A model generated the notes under the pieces. The model had not been told where the DNA came from, did no database searches, and saw only the letters and a program-made list of their open reading frames with translations. A stretch of 58,988 nt of DNA, counting the filler, from Platydemus manokwari (Eukaryota), in NCBI GenBank assembly GCA_037951405.1. It is 5 parts of 5 records of this genome, joined end to end, with 100 filler letters (N's around TTAATTAATTAA, not from the genome) between each part and the next. Parts side by side here need not be neighbours in the genome. Positions count along the whole stretch, not along the records: positions 1 to 14,338 come from JBBMOY011482529.1; 4 more parts are not named here. One strand, given 5' to 3'. Of this stretch, positions 1 to 14,438 are shown in pieces (position 1 is the stretch's first letter; each line of letters begins with the position of its first letter). The position numbers were made by a program, and so were the translations under genes.

Positions 1-180
1 ATTTTACTGAAAAATAGGTTATTTTATTCATAAAATGTTTCTAATATTTATTTCACTTTATAGCATAATTCATCAAATTCAAAATTCAACAGATTTTTTT
101 CATTTTTTAAAATATTTCTAATAACTTATTAACCATTAATGACTTAACCAATCATAATAAATGTATTATCATATTTTAAG

Positions 181-3100
181 GTGTCTAGTGTTATGGATAA
201 TTTATCTGTCGTTTCTGAATATGACAATCTTCTACAAAAAATTATCAATGAAAAATTAGATGGCCAAAGGAACATAATACACGTAGCAGTTAATATGTGT
301 CAACCCGTGTCTAATATTGAGACTGAATGGAAATTATCTCACATTTTAAGTTATCGATCAAAGAAGACTTCTACCAATTCCAGTGTTGAAGATCTATCTC
401 AGAGATCTAACTGGTCATTGGAACATTCAATGAATATCTCTTCGTTTCCTTATCGCAGATGGATAGATATGGGACGCCCAATAAATGATACCGGTATATT
501 CAATTATTCTCGTTCAAATGATAGACAAGCAAGCAGTGTTAGATTCACTGTGATGAGTTCATCAAACACTTCACGAAATTCTATTTTAACTGGTGATGTA
601 AATACAGGGTGGTTGTTACCTCCGATTCATTTGGATGAAAAAGAAAAGCGATCAAACAGCTACCGAATAATAAGCATTATCATCAATCATCAATACATGG
701 AGAGTCATTTAGTGACGTTGCTAGCTCAGAGAAATGCCGATGGTCAGACTCCATTTATGCAAGCAGTTTCACAGCGAATTTATCCCCTTGCATTGTTTTT
801 ATTAGATTGCATTTTGGTAAGTTTATTTTTAATATACGTTCCATTGAACAAATATTGTTTTCAATTCTCTTTTTAATGCAATAATTTCTTGTCAGGAATC
901 TTCGAAGCTATTGAGAATAATGAAATAAAACCAGTTTATAATTATATTTTATTTGAATTTTAACGATAAATGCGGCCGATTCATTAATATTACTGAAGAC
1001 ATTGGAAATTTAAGAATGTTAACTTAAAAAATGTTATGAGGCTTTGATGAGAACCATTCCATCAGTATCAAATTATTATCTAATCAACTTTATTTCCATT
1101 GGAAATCGATTTCGATCAAACATGAAACACATAATAAGAAAGAAATTATTGAATATTCATTGAATATAACGATTTTTTATAAAATGAATAAATAAATGTT
1201 TAGAAATATATATTATTTATGAAATTTAAATTGATTTAGTATCGTAAAAATCTATAAATTCCCCAGGGTCATGTTAAAACAATTATTGAAATTAAATCTA
1301 AGTTAGTTTTGTCATTCAATTTAAATATTTATTGTCCTAAAACTGGGTATACTTTCATAACTATTAACAATTTCGGCTTATTTAACCTGATATATTTTTT
1401 ACCATTTTATTTTAACTACGTTTAATTCTGTATATTAACACTGAGTTTTAGGATTTATGTGATACCCAATGTGTGTCAGTGTTAAATCCAAAAAGCCAAT
1501 TGGCTCTAAGCATGATTTTTCCTCCGGCTGCTGGTATCGCTACAAATAAAAATTTGCTTTCTACTCTTTATGAGGACAATCCACTCCAAGTTCTTTGTCA
1601 GAACGATGGATGTAGTTTTACATGGACAGGACCTGATCATATTCGTCAAGATATTTTCGAATGCCGGACTTGTGGTTTGACCGAATCTCTTTGTTGCTGC
1701 ACGGAATGTGCTCGAGTTTGTCATAAAGGACATGATTGTCATCTTAAAAAGACGTCACCAACTGCTTATTGTGATTGTTGGGAAAAATGTCGATGTAAAG
1801 CTCTTATTGTTGGAGATAATGCAAGTAGACAAGAGCTTTTAAAGAAACTTCTTCATCATACAGATCTAGCAACTCTTCAAAATAGGTATATAAAGCAACT
1901 TAATTTTTTTTTCATATATTTATATTTAGGAGGAAGGAACATCTTTTATTATTTCTTGTCAAAACAGTCGATAGGCAATTTAGAGAACATAAACAAATTC
2001 GAACATCTGGACGCAGACATGCCACATCTGTTTTAAATGCTCGCCATGGAAACATTAGCAGTAGTAATTTTACACCTTCTTCCCATATGTCGTGCTTGGA
2101 ACCTCATCATCCAGCATATGAGCCTCCCATGCCAGAATACGGACTTGAGCCATCGAATTTCGCTTTGAATGCATTGGATGGGGTATTGGCAAATTGGCCA
2201 TCTGTTGAGACTTTGCTCACTTCAGGTGATCGATCAGATTGGTTGAATAATCTTGTCAAGAATATAGACCCTTCTGTCAGGAATAATGGAATCAACCCTT
2301 TAACAGATGATGAAGTATATCTAAAATGTAAACATTCTATTCTGAAATTGTTGATAATTTTAGGTCTTTTTAAATTACCAAAGTTTCTCGGAACAATTGG
2401 ATCAGTTTGTATTTACGCTGATTGCCAAAACAGCGTCTTCGTCTGTTGATATATTATTAAATACATTAAACAAAGAGTTACAAAACGAGAAGACCCACTC
2501 TTTAGCTTTAAAACCTCCCGCTCAAAGCAAAGTTAAAATTGCCGCATCCCGATTAATAAGATCCGTTGCTCGTGTTTTTGTGGCTCTTCAACTTCAAATG
2601 GCACCCGATTTTAACCGTAAGCGACAATCAAACCGACTCAGTAATAGCGTCCATGTTTATTCAGTGCAACCGAAACCATTAGATGTTTGCAAACGAATAT
2701 TCGAAAATCTTCTTTTTGTGTCATTATCAGAACTGCCACGAATCGCAGCTGATATTATAGCACCTGTTCGATGTGGTCTTTTGAAACCCACCGCTAGTTA
2801 TTCTCATTTTTATCAAATTTCCGATGCAGTCAGAGTAAGAAAATTGATCATTATTTTTTTTGGAAATTTATTTCATATATTTAAAATAACATTTATTGTT
2901 TAGCCTCAATGTAAAGAATTATTTTCTCTGATATATTTTGTTTTACAAAAATTAATAAAATAAACAAATTAAATATAAATCTAAAAGCCCCTAGTGCTTG
3001 CTGTTAATATCATTTAGAATACATTTTCCTAAAATTTTGTACGTTTAAGTTGCAAATATAACTCAGTATGATAGGATTTTATAATTTATTTTTTTCTAAG

Positions 3101-6100
3101 GAATTCGTCAGCAAATTTCTGTTAGTGTAATTAAAATTTACTTTTACCAAAACCATTTCATTCTATATTACTGAGCATTCAATTTAAAATCTAAAGTATC
3201 GCATGGAGAGAAAGGAAATCAAGGCTCAATTTTTTCAGTCTCATTATTAATTTCAACTGTATCATTTAAAATACAATTTTTTAATCGAAGAAAAATCTGT
3301 TCGTGCTATTTATAACAATTGGATATTTTTCAGAAAATTATTTGTCACTTTTTATTTTTTTCTTTTAGAATTTGGATCAGATATTTTATTCGAATAATTC
3401 TGATATCGACAGTCACCAGGATTCTCCAGGAAATTCTGACAAAAATGTAAGATTCATCCAAATATATTAATTCCACAATTACTGATATTCTTGTCTTTTA
3501 ATTCAAAATATTATTATTGGTGATTAGATTTTACTTTATATAATTATAATTTTTAAAAGTGAATTAATTCATAAAATTGTTTACTTTAGTTATTAATAAT
3601 TGCCAATATTGGGTGTGACGATATTATGAAGTTAATTAATGATAAGGATAATTCAAGATTTAAAAAAAAATTTTTTTTATCTGCAATAATTTTTAAAACA
3701 AACTTGTGTGATATTTTAGACTAAACTTAATATATCTAATCGAACTACGGATTCCTTTGGAATGTCTCGAAATACATCAAATGGATCTCGTAGAGCTAGT
3801 AACATCAATAGAAATAATGCGACATCCGATTCGAATTCGTCAAACAGTGCTAACATGTCTGATTTTCATGGAAATGATGGTCCAAATAATGGATCAGGTC
3901 GACAAAATCGACGCAGACCATATGATGATGATGTCGATAGCTCAGGAGCTGCAATATCCATTTCAGATAACAACAGCACAGAAGTAGGCAATCGCAACAT
4001 AGATTCAGCTCCTCCCGTGAGGAGACGACGTCAATCAACTCCAATAAGCTTGAATAGTCGAATGAATACTATTATCGACGAAGAAGATGATGACGACGGA
4101 CACTCTTCAGTTGATGATAATTGGAATGCTAATAATGAATCAAGACCACTCTCTGAAGATAGACAACATTCTCATCAATTAAATAGTATTTTCTTTGAGG
4201 AGTCTGATGGAGATGGAAACACTATTGAGGGTGAAAATGACCTCGATGGAGATGTAGATATGGTGGGTTGTATTTATATTTGCAAGGTTAATTCGAATTT
4301 TTGGACAGGAGGTGTATGATGAAGATCATGATACTGATATTGTACCTGAAACGGAGTCTGATAGTGACGATTCTATAAGCAGTAGCATATGCGTGACTGA
4401 GTACAATCCTGAGCCTATTAATATGACCGAACTATCAAATAGTCGTTCTAATGAACAATCAATCAACCAGAATCCAACATTATCTGTTATCAATATGGTT
4501 GAATCAGATATTAGAATGAAAGATGATAGATCGAATGCTATGGATATGAATGGAGATATATCTGAAACTCGTAATTGAATCTAAAAATTATTTGCTAATC
4601 AATTTAGTCCATTTGCAGCCTCCTCTGTTAATAATAATTCTGAACATAACTCTGTAAGAATTACAATGAGAAAATCAATCAATACAAGTGATAACAAAAA
4701 TGATGTAAGACTTCAACTATTTTATAGAAAAATCTTTTGATTTCATAATTTTTTTCAATTTTATTAATATATTTCCTGTTTATTATTTATATGACTTTTT
4801 AAATTATTTTTTATAAGTTTTATATTTATTAAATTTAGCCGGATTCTTCGATGATTTTGAATGAATCAAATATTCGAATGTCTATTGATGATGGAATTAG
4901 ATATTCAGTTGTTACCAGTAGCGATCAACCAAGAACAAGTGCTGAAAGTACACAATCTGTCCTGGTAGAGTTGGTTACTCCGTTGGTATCTGCATCTAGT
5001 TTGATGTCTCAACCTGCCCTCAGCAATGCTACAGAATGGTTTCGAAATCAAGTCGATTTGGATGCAATCAGTGATGATGAATCAGATGACGACGAATCGT
5101 CGCAAAATACGGAGGTTCTCTTAACCATTCAAGCGTATTAATTTATATAAAATTATTAGGATGATGAACAGGATGATCTAAATGAATCAGCGACAGATTT
5201 ATCACAACCGTTGACCCAACATATTCAAAGAAATAATACTAATTCCAATATCCCTGATAATTCACTTAATCCTGAGAATCAGCCGAACCTTTCATCAACC
5301 AACGCCTCATCAAATAGTAATATTATTCTATTTAATTACGATAATTATATTCACAATTTAAGATTTAAAGATAGTTTTATTTTCAGATTGTTATTTTTGG
5401 ATTATTTATGATAAAATAATAATTATCAATTATAATTTAATATTCTTGATCTTATCCACTATTAATATTTTTTATTTATAATATTTATTAATAACACATA
5501 TTTATGATGCATATTTGTTAATGGCGATAAATCATAACTTATTATTACACATTTAACTAGTGCTGCACTAAAATTAATGTTATAAACAGGTAATACCACA
5601 TGTGGTTTACAGACTACCCAAGTGCAACTTGCTCGAGCATTTTGTTGTCTTATAAAGCTTCTAGCTGGTCTTCTTAATCAAATGTATTATTCTCGAGAAA
5701 AGAATGCATTTGTCAACCATAAAGAATATGATAGATTTGGTTTAAATCTCGGTCCTGATAATGAATATAGCAATTCGAACTCCCCATGTGCAACTTTAAG
5801 CCAATCAGAAGAAGAACATGTTATGATTGAATCATCTCAGCAACTTGGACCGATTTGGATATGGATTTGCCAGTCAATGGATTTCCTCGAATCACAAGTT
5901 TGCTTTGCAAATGCATTTCAAAGGAAACATGGTACTTATAAAGCTCGTCCAGTACCAACATTTGAACCTGTTAATGTAATGAATAATACCAATGTCTGTT
6001 CATCAAGTACAGATTTCAATAGAACCGACTTTCTTAAATATGTCGTCAGCATGATGCGGGCCAGTTCAGACGAGCATGGTGATCAGACACCAATGAGTCT

Positions 6101-9100
6101 CAATGCCGTTAATTATTGTCATCTTGCCTACTTAGTTGATGCTTTACTTTATTTAATGCGTATTTGTTTTGGAATGGTAACAGATAAAGTATGTTGTGAT
6201 GGAGTTGATACACCTGGTCCTACCATTGACGATTGCGTGACAACAGTTACTGATCATTTAAAACGTGAACCGACTTTAGTACAAGAAGAAGTTGATGACG
6301 AACAAGAAGACTTAAATAGTTTAAGACCTACAATAGGATCTGAATGCGGTGATAGTATTTTAGATGAAGATACAAATTGCCCTACTTTAACTTGCAATTA
6401 TCAATCGTCAAGTACTAAGTTTTTTGTTCTTTAATTTTGGAAAATTAATCTTTTTAGGTTCTACATTATTGAAACCTCAAATTAATCACAGGAGAGATTG
6501 TCAACAAAAAATTGATACTTCCGAAGATAGTTTTTTTTGTCGCACTGATTATCCCCAAGGATGGGTTGGTCTTGGCGCTGATCCTTTTCATACACCAGTT
6601 TCTGAATCTCTTCCACTGGCCCACATGCCTCAATTATTGCAACCTCCTGGACCATCTGATGAAGTATTTGGTGTTTTGCGACGATTTGAGATTGATCGAA
6701 ATAGTGGTAACAATCATAATTTTTGCGGTCGAAGTAATGAAGGTCAATTACCTCTTCACATGGGATTTTCTAGTCGATGGGCAGATCGTCTATTAGGTAG
6801 TCTTAATTCATTTTTTTCATTTTAAATCATGAAACTTCCTTTTAAAAAAATATTTACGTGTTTTATATTTATTAATGTAATGTAACTTAATATATACTTT
6901 ATTCATTAATATAATATATTATTCATCAATTATTCTATTTCACCTATAAACTGTAAAAAATCATATTTTCAAAATTAATTTGTGACTTATTATTTCTTCT
7001 AGATAACAACATTATCTTCAGTGGAGTTCCAGTTGGGAATTTGAGAACTCGATGGCGTTATTCATTGGAATTATTATCAAATTCATTTGAACAAAACGTG
7101 GGTTTGGAACCCGGAAGTGTACTAGTCGATTTTACACATTTCAGTCTGAAAGAAACTAGATTTCGCAAAGAAATGGAGAAGTTGCGCAATCAATGTCGAC
7201 GAGATTTGTCTCTTGTTGTAAATAGGGAACGCAACTTAGTCATTTGTGATACAGTAACACAGTTGAATACAGAATTTTCAAGACGTAATTCTTCCAACAG
7301 CAGTACTCCGTTAATGTGCCATAGGTTTAAAGTAAAATTTAACGATGAACCTGGTGAAGGAAATGGTGTTGCAAGAAGTTTTCTGACAGTGTTTGCGGAA
7401 GCTGTTTTGTCAGAAGAATTTTTATCCATGAATTCGGCTATGAACAATCAAAAAAAGCAAGCATCGACAATTACCTCCAGGGGGTCGTTATATAATCGCA
7501 ATGAACATAATTACATTAGAATGTCTGCTATTTCTAGAATTAGTACTATATCAGCTAATACTTCTTCGAATATTTCTCAATCTTCTAATTCGATTCCTTC
7601 AAATAGTTGGTATAGTGATGCTTTATCAATTATTGGCATGAACAACAATAATGCAAATAATACACCTTCAAGGAACTTTCGACCGGCAATGCGTATAATA
7701 TCCAATCCTCCTCAAACTCCACAATCTAATCAATCAACCGTTCCAAGTACTAGGTCAATAATTAGATCTGATATATCATACACAAACACAGCCCATAGAC
7801 TTATTTCAGCCATAGCAATATTTGCTTCTTCGGCTCCAATAGCTTCTTCAAACACACCTACTACTAATGTGTGGGGAATAACTAGTAATTCATCTAATCC
7901 TAACAACAGTGTCCCCCAATCTACAAGCATAAACTTTTCTCCGTATAATGTTGATAATTTGCCACTTGTTTCGACTTCTCATCGCTTAGACTTATCAGAT
8001 CGCGGAAGTTCAAGAAGATCAATTAACATGTCTTCTTCTAGAGCACAAACAGCTACAATGAGTGTACTATCAACTATTCCCTTTATCTCTTCTTCTATTA
8101 TTGCAGACAATATTAATTCTCTTTCATCTAATTTACATTCACTTTCAACTTTATCAAATCGATCAATTAGTAGTAACACAGATATGATTTATAGTTCTTC
8201 TCAAATACCGATTTCGACAACTGAAACAGAAATTTCTTCTAATAATCAACTTGGAAATCTAGATCCGATAAACCTTGCCACTGGGTTCACTGCTAATTTG
8301 GGAAATCAAGCACCGATTTGGGTTAGTTCCAATTGGCTGCCAATGTATTCTAGTTCAACATCGATATCTAATCCAATGACATCACTTACAAATCTTAGAA
8401 GAATTCAAAATTATTCACCATTGCAAAATCAAAATTCTGCTAGCCGATATCCGGAAACATCCAGTACAGCTTCCTCATCAACAGCAAATGTGCAATTTAG
8501 TCAAAGTATAAATATCTATGACATGCTACGTGGAAAGATAGCAGTGAATGATCCAATATACACTATGCCAACTTCAGTAAAGATACCTGATACACCAGTT
8601 AGTATCGTATCAAACTTGACTAGTGTGTCTGTTCCATTAGTTACTCAAAATATCAGCATTTTTGATATTCTTCGAAGCAGAATACCCGGTGATGATTCTT
8701 TGATACAGCAAATGGCCTACAATTTGACTGCCATGTCAGGGCGTTCAGATCTTAATGGTTTATTAAGTCAGCTTTCTTCTAAAAATATAAATATGAATGA
8801 CATAATAAACAATCTAATGAATTCAATGGCGCAAGTTCCACGGTTTTCTGATTTGCACCAACCTGAGTCTACTATTTCTTTCAATAGTATCGAAGGGTTA
8901 GTTTTATTATAATTTAATTTTATCGAATATAAGTCTTGTTCTTTAATTAAATTATAAAGTAATTATAAAATTTCTTAATGTTAATGAATGTTAAATTTTT
9001 ATTTACAATCATGAAATATGGTATAATCGGAACGTTATTCTATATTGTATATATTATGAGTATATAATTATTTTTACATTAGATCATCAGAAACAACACA

Positions 9101-11750
9101 ATCTATTGAAAGTAATATGGAAGTATCAATAATCACGTTTGCCATTTATTTGGATAGATTATTAAATACTAATAATAATAACAACAATAATAACTTCAAT
9201 AGTACAAAAAACCAATCTTCTGAAGATGCAGCTTCGTTGCTAAATGAATCTCGTATATCCAATACAATACTGAAAAGACCATCAATGGATCCAGAACAAA
9301 CACCCTTATTTTGGCAGCCTGGTCATCCTGGCTTTTATTGTCCTCGAAGAGTAAATCTTATTGATAATAACCAAGAATATACTCGTAATAATATATATCG
9401 TTGTGTTGGACGAGTCATTGGAATATCATTATTAATGAATGAGACAATGCCTTTAAAATTATGCAGGCATGTTCTTAAATATATTCTCGGTTTACCAATC
9501 GGTTGGCATGACTTCGCATTTTTCAATTCCCAATTATATGAAAGCTTACGACAGTTAATGAAAGTAGCTCATGAGGCTCAACTACTAGGAATCGCAGGGT
9601 CACCGGAAGATCATTTATTGGAATACAATCTAAATTTTACAATCGTTCCACGAGAAGAGGAAGGTGGATCTGGAAATTTAGTTGATGGGAAATCAACAAG
9701 CACCAATACCATAAATCTGATTCCTAATGGTGAAGACGTTGATGTAGATTCCAACAATGTTTTCCAATATGTTAAAAAATATTGCATCTCACGAATGATT
9801 ACAATTGTAAAACCTCAGTTGGATGTAAGAATTATCCTTGCATTATGTGTTATATTTACTTTAATATCAGCAAATAAAAAATGGAGTTTACGATGTCTTA
9901 CCAAAGAATGGGCTTAATGGTCTTTCACCGGAGGATTTAAGATTATTGCTCAATGGAACGGATGAAATTGATATCGAAGTATTAATCAGTTATACTTCCT
10001 TTCTCGATGAGTCTTCTTGCACAATTTCTAATTCACAAGAGAAAGTGGCAAAATTTAAGAAATGGTTTTGGCAAGTACTGTTATCTTTCAATAGTATCCA
10101 GAGACAGAATCTAGTAATTTTAATTGTATTTTATATTCTCAGATATTTCGTTTTTCTGCAAAAAATTTCTCCTTTAATTTTTTTTCTTATTTATACATTT
10201 TTAAATTTTATGGTCTAAGAAGAATATGGGATATTTTGAATATAATTCAGCTTTTGTATATAATATTGTATTAAAAATAATTATTTCAATAAACTTACAA
10301 ATGAAAAAATATCAAGACAAAATTACTATTTAATCGATTGTCAATAATTTTGGATTATTTTTTTAGTATTCATTTGCTTTCTGAAATTAAATCCACTCGA
10401 AATATAAAAGTTGACGCAACATTAAATGTTATTTCAATATTTAGGAATTCGTTAACGACTTAACTGATATGAGATCATAATTGGTATTTTATATGTGTAA
10501 ACAATTTCTTATAAAAATGCAATAATTTCTCTCTGTAACTATGTATAAGTTTGAATATTTACATTACATTATTGCAACAAAACATCTTGTTGAAAGAATT
10601 TGTCGATGTTTGACAAAAATTAAGAATATTTGTTTATCTTTTTTTCATTTCGATACGCAAACGTCTATAAGGACAATGCTTACTTATTGTTCCTATGAAA
10701 ACCACTGTAATCTAAATTAATGAATTGTATATATTAGAAAATTAGTGAGAAAATTTTAATGAATTATTTTGTAGGATTCTTACTATTAATGTAAAATATA
10801 TTGTATAAATCGATTAAAAATGACAACAAATCATTTATAGTCTAGGGTTAATGCTAATGAAATACTTAAAAAAACACTCTTCATATGTCTGGTTTTTATG
10901 GAGTGTTATGCGTGTGTGTGCTAGTATGCTTGGTAACATGAAGATAAAATTATGTTATAAAAATTTATTGATATAAATGGAAGAATTTTTTATGATATAA
11001 TTATAGCTTTTGTTAAAAAACACTTTGTTATTGTTTCTTTAAGACTTGATTATTTAAAGCGTTCACACTAACCTGTTAATGCTGATTTAATCGAAAATTG
11101 ATGCATTTATGGAAGTATAGGATATTAGAATTTCAAGAATTGCGAACTTTTAAAGATTCTTTTATTGTACAATCAATAAATTCTGCATTTATCATACAAA
11201 TTGTAATTGATAAATATTATTGACATTCTTTTTCATTCTACTAGCGTATTCTTTTTAAATACAACAGTAAATTATGCTATTGAGTCAATAAACAAGTTAT
11301 AGCTTTGATCTTAATTTCTTGATTTCTACAATGTCTTACAATTAATCGTAAAGTTATTTTCTCGTTATTTTGAATGACTTCGATAATTTATAATATTATA
11401 TTGATTTTTATTTATCTCTGTCATCAGAGACTACATAGAATTTGGAATCTTACAGTTTTGAATTACATTATATGACATTCTTCACTCTCACGAAATGTAG
11501 ATTTTTAATAGTTTTGATTTTCTATATTTCCTTCTAGCTTTATTTTTGGACTTCGAGTCCAGCATTACCGGCAAGCAACCAAGGATTCCAACCGATGCCT
11601 ACAATAACAATCAGACCTGCTGATGATTTACATTTGCCGACCGCTAACACTTGTATATCCAGATTATACATTCCTTTATACTCTAGCAAAATAATTTTGA
11701 GAGAAAAATTACTACAAGCTATTGAAACAAAAAGTTTCGGATTTGTATAA
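181..11750 (+). CDS. UBR5: E3 ubiquitin-protein ligase UBR5/EDD/hyperplastic discs (5'-truncated by window start; 16 exons, ~2,526 aa visible)
   Basis: Hand-spliced GT-AG exons that keep frame: 181-816, 1452-1885, 1930-2314, 2364-2834, 3369-3446, 3720-4262, 4309-4570, 4619-4704, 4839-5114, 5160-5316, 5590-6411, 6458-6796, 7003-8896, 9083-9824, 9871-10113, 11538-11750. UBR-box [23 protein letters not shown]...[16 protein letters not shown]...[12 protein letters not shown] motifs [35 protein letters not shown] and [17 protein letters not shown] (catalytic Cys), ending in the UBR5-typical FGFV*. Confidence 0.97.
1611..1800 (+). other. UBR5: UBR-type zinc finger (UBR box) coding segment of UBR5
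   Basis: Cys/His pattern CSFTWTG...CRTCGL...[16 protein letters not shown]...CDCWEKCRC in ORF 1473..2036; boundaries approximate. Confidence 0.95.
11538..11750 (+). CDS. UBR5: UBR5 terminal exon (HECT C-lobe with catalytic Cys), absent from the ORF track
   Basis: Acceptor cttctag at 11531-11537, then [70 protein letters not shown]. Confidence 0.97.
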   Translation, partial: LYFWTSSPALPASNQGFQPMPTITIRPADDLHLPTANTCISRLYIPLYSSKIILREKLLQAIETKSFGFV

Positions 11751-13889
11751 ATAAACGATGATTTGTTTACAGTTTATTGTTGATCTTTATTGCACTTTTG
11801 CGATAATGTTGTTTTAGTCCATTTGTAAATATATTTATAGAAAATTTTTTGCTTTAATTAATTTGTCCCAATCTTTTAAGAAATGAAAATATTTACTTTT
11901 TGGATTAAATGTTTTTTGTTTACACAGCGATTTTCTCAGTATTGAACAAATATTAGTTTTTAACCAATTAATTGTTAAAACTTATCATTGATTTAATATG
12001 TATGTTATTGTTTAATTACAACATATAACAGAAAACGTGTTTTTATTGAATTTACGAGCGAATAATTTGTGGTTATCGCTTATGTTGTTAAAAATTTAAA
12101 TTTTCAAACTTTACTGATAAATCCAACGAGTTTCCCAAATGATCACTAGTAGGAAGTTAATTTACATTATTGAAAATTTAATTATATATAATGGACATTT
12201 TCATATTTCTAAATACATTATGATAAATGTAATGTTTAAGAAAGTACGTATAATTCAAAAATTTAATACCAATAATGTGATACTTCTATCAAATTTCAAT
12301 TTTGAGCAAATACTTTGGGATTGCATCAATGATTAAAATTAGTGGTTCTCATTTGCATTATTCCCAATAATCGTTATTGAAATAAATTATTTCTGGGCGA
12401 CAGTTATCGGTGATTATATGACAAAATAAACAGTTAGTACTTGTGCCTTTTTAATATCCTCTTGCAGTTATTTTTTTCACTAAGATTTTTCAAACCGAAC
12501 GTTTTGTAAATGATTCCACTAATGTTAAAATGCATTAAAGTAACATTACTATCTCTAATTGTAGAAATATTTTAGACATTTAAATAATAGTATTTGACCA
12601 TAATATAGTTAGTATTAAAGACTAGTTTAATCTAAACAATTTGTTTTTATTAAAAGTTTATAACAAAGGGATAGTTTTTTGTTTATTTCAGTGTTGTTAA
12701 TTATTATCGTCGAAAATCAAAAAGTTTACTAGATTTCTAAAGGCATCAGCTATAATAATCATTCGCATTTACATCTTTAATTAATGATCGTTTATTAAAA
12801 AATAACTTAAAAATAAGTAAACCATGACCAACGTTATCCAACTCAAGTTTTAACACAATTAACAACTATCATAATTTCTTTTTTAGTATTCTGACTAATT
12901 ACAAAAGTGTCGAATAATCCTATAGAAGTAGTGACAGATTTAATGTTAAATCAAATGGGTGATAATTCGATACATCTTCCAAAATCTTAAGTACCGGAAA
13001 TGCACTTAAGTTTATAATTAAATTTTAAAATGAACTCTTTAAAAATTCCTTAAGTAATTTTTGGCCATTTTCTTCAAAGTTTGCACTTAAAATAATATTT
13101 TTGCAAATAAATTTCAAATTTAAGAAATTTCATGAATTAATTCAATAATTTTACAGCTCTCATACTTATAATAACCATACAGATTTTATGCGTCTTTTCG
13201 ATTTCCTCTAGAAGACTATTAAAAGAATAATAATAATATTATATTTTGTGATTTTATTATTCTGAAATATCTTTGAGCTATATGTTTTAAAATATGTAGA
13301 AATCAAGATATCAATCAATCTAAATTTTCGAAATTAAAAATTCTAAGTTTAAATTAAAAATATAAGAGCAACATTAATTTTGAAAAACATGTGATTGATT
13401 TTTTGTTATTAATTTATTTTCCTTCAATAATTAATTTTTTAGTATTTAACCGATACCATTATATTATTGGAAAAATGATGTCAGTATTTTTAAGTGTCCA
13501 ATATAAACTATTAATAAAATGTAATACTTATAATGATACTTAAAATAACAATCATAAATGAAAATATAGGTATAAGCAAATTTAAATTTCATTGTTTTAT
13601 TATTTACATAACAAATTAATTGAAGGTTAATTTATTTTAATTTGTGTTTATATGTTTACATTGTAACTAACAAAATGCATTTATTTTAATTTTATATAAT
13701 ACTTAATTTAGTTTACTTTATAATTAGAAAAAATTAAATAAGTCTTAAAAGTGTAAAATTAATAATGACATTTTAGTTTCATTCAGTTGTATTTTTTGAG
13801 ATGAAATAATCGAAAGTTATTCATATTAATAATAATATTTTAAACAATTAATTTCCATTTTAGATAATTTATTAACATTCATGAATTAG

Positions 13890-14276
13890 CCAACCATGAT
13901 AAAATTTAATCAAAAATCACCAAGTTCAAATTATAATTTGAAACCATCAAAGAAAAAAGAAAATTTTCCAGAAGATTTTGACGTTTACGGAAAAGATTTA
14001 AAAATGCTAATGGAATCATCTTATAGTAAAGAAATTCCCGATTTGATATTTATGTTTGGATATTTTATTAAAAACTATGGATTGCTGGTTCAAGGTATTT
14101 TTCGTGTATCTGGAAATAAATCACGAATGGAAGAAATCAAGTCAAGTTATATGCATAAAAAATTACTGGAAATTAATATTGATGACATACACAATGTAAC
14201 AGGACTTTATAAATCATTTTTGCGTGAGGTTCCTGGTGGTTTGATACCTTACCCTCAGTCAATAGATTTAACAAAG
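13890..14276 (+). CDS. RhoGAP-domain exon (gene truncated at contig end; possibly FAM13-like)
   Basis: VYGKDL...IPDLI...GIFRVSGN (arginine finger)...DIHNVTGLYKSFLREVPGGLIP. Candidate acceptor ttag ends at 13889; donor gtaaat at 14277. The remainder is cut by the spacer at 14339. Confidence 0.85.
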
Positions 14277-14338
14277 GTAAATTTTTTTAATGAATTATCA
14301 TTATTAATATTATTATTATTATTATTATCATTATTAAT

Positions 14339-14438
14339 NNNNNNNNNNNNNNNNNNNNNNNNNNNNNNNNNNNNNNNNNNNNTTAATTAATTAANNNNNN
14401 NNNNNNNNNNNNNNNNNNNNNNNNNNNNNNNNNNNNNN
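14339..14438. other. Artificial contig spacer N44-TTAATTAATTAA-N44
   Basis: Exactly 100 nt. The core is palindromic with stop codons in all six frames and is identical to three other spacers. Confidence 0.97.

Noticed and set aside
2315-2380. UBR5 intron start encodes VYL while the next exon starts VFL, hinting at intron birth by tandem duplication
   Set aside because: Nucleotide similarity is short and AT-rich, not distinguishable from chance by eye.
9112-9157. Possible 35- or 46-nt intron in UBR5 (gt...gatag)
   Set aside because: Either splice shifts the frame into an immediate stop, while the unspliced sequence stays open.
14383-14394. Palindromic TTAATTAATTAA recurring four times, as a possible biological repeat or recombination site
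   Set aside because: Always centred in exactly 44+44 Ns; it is a synthetic six-frame-stop linker.
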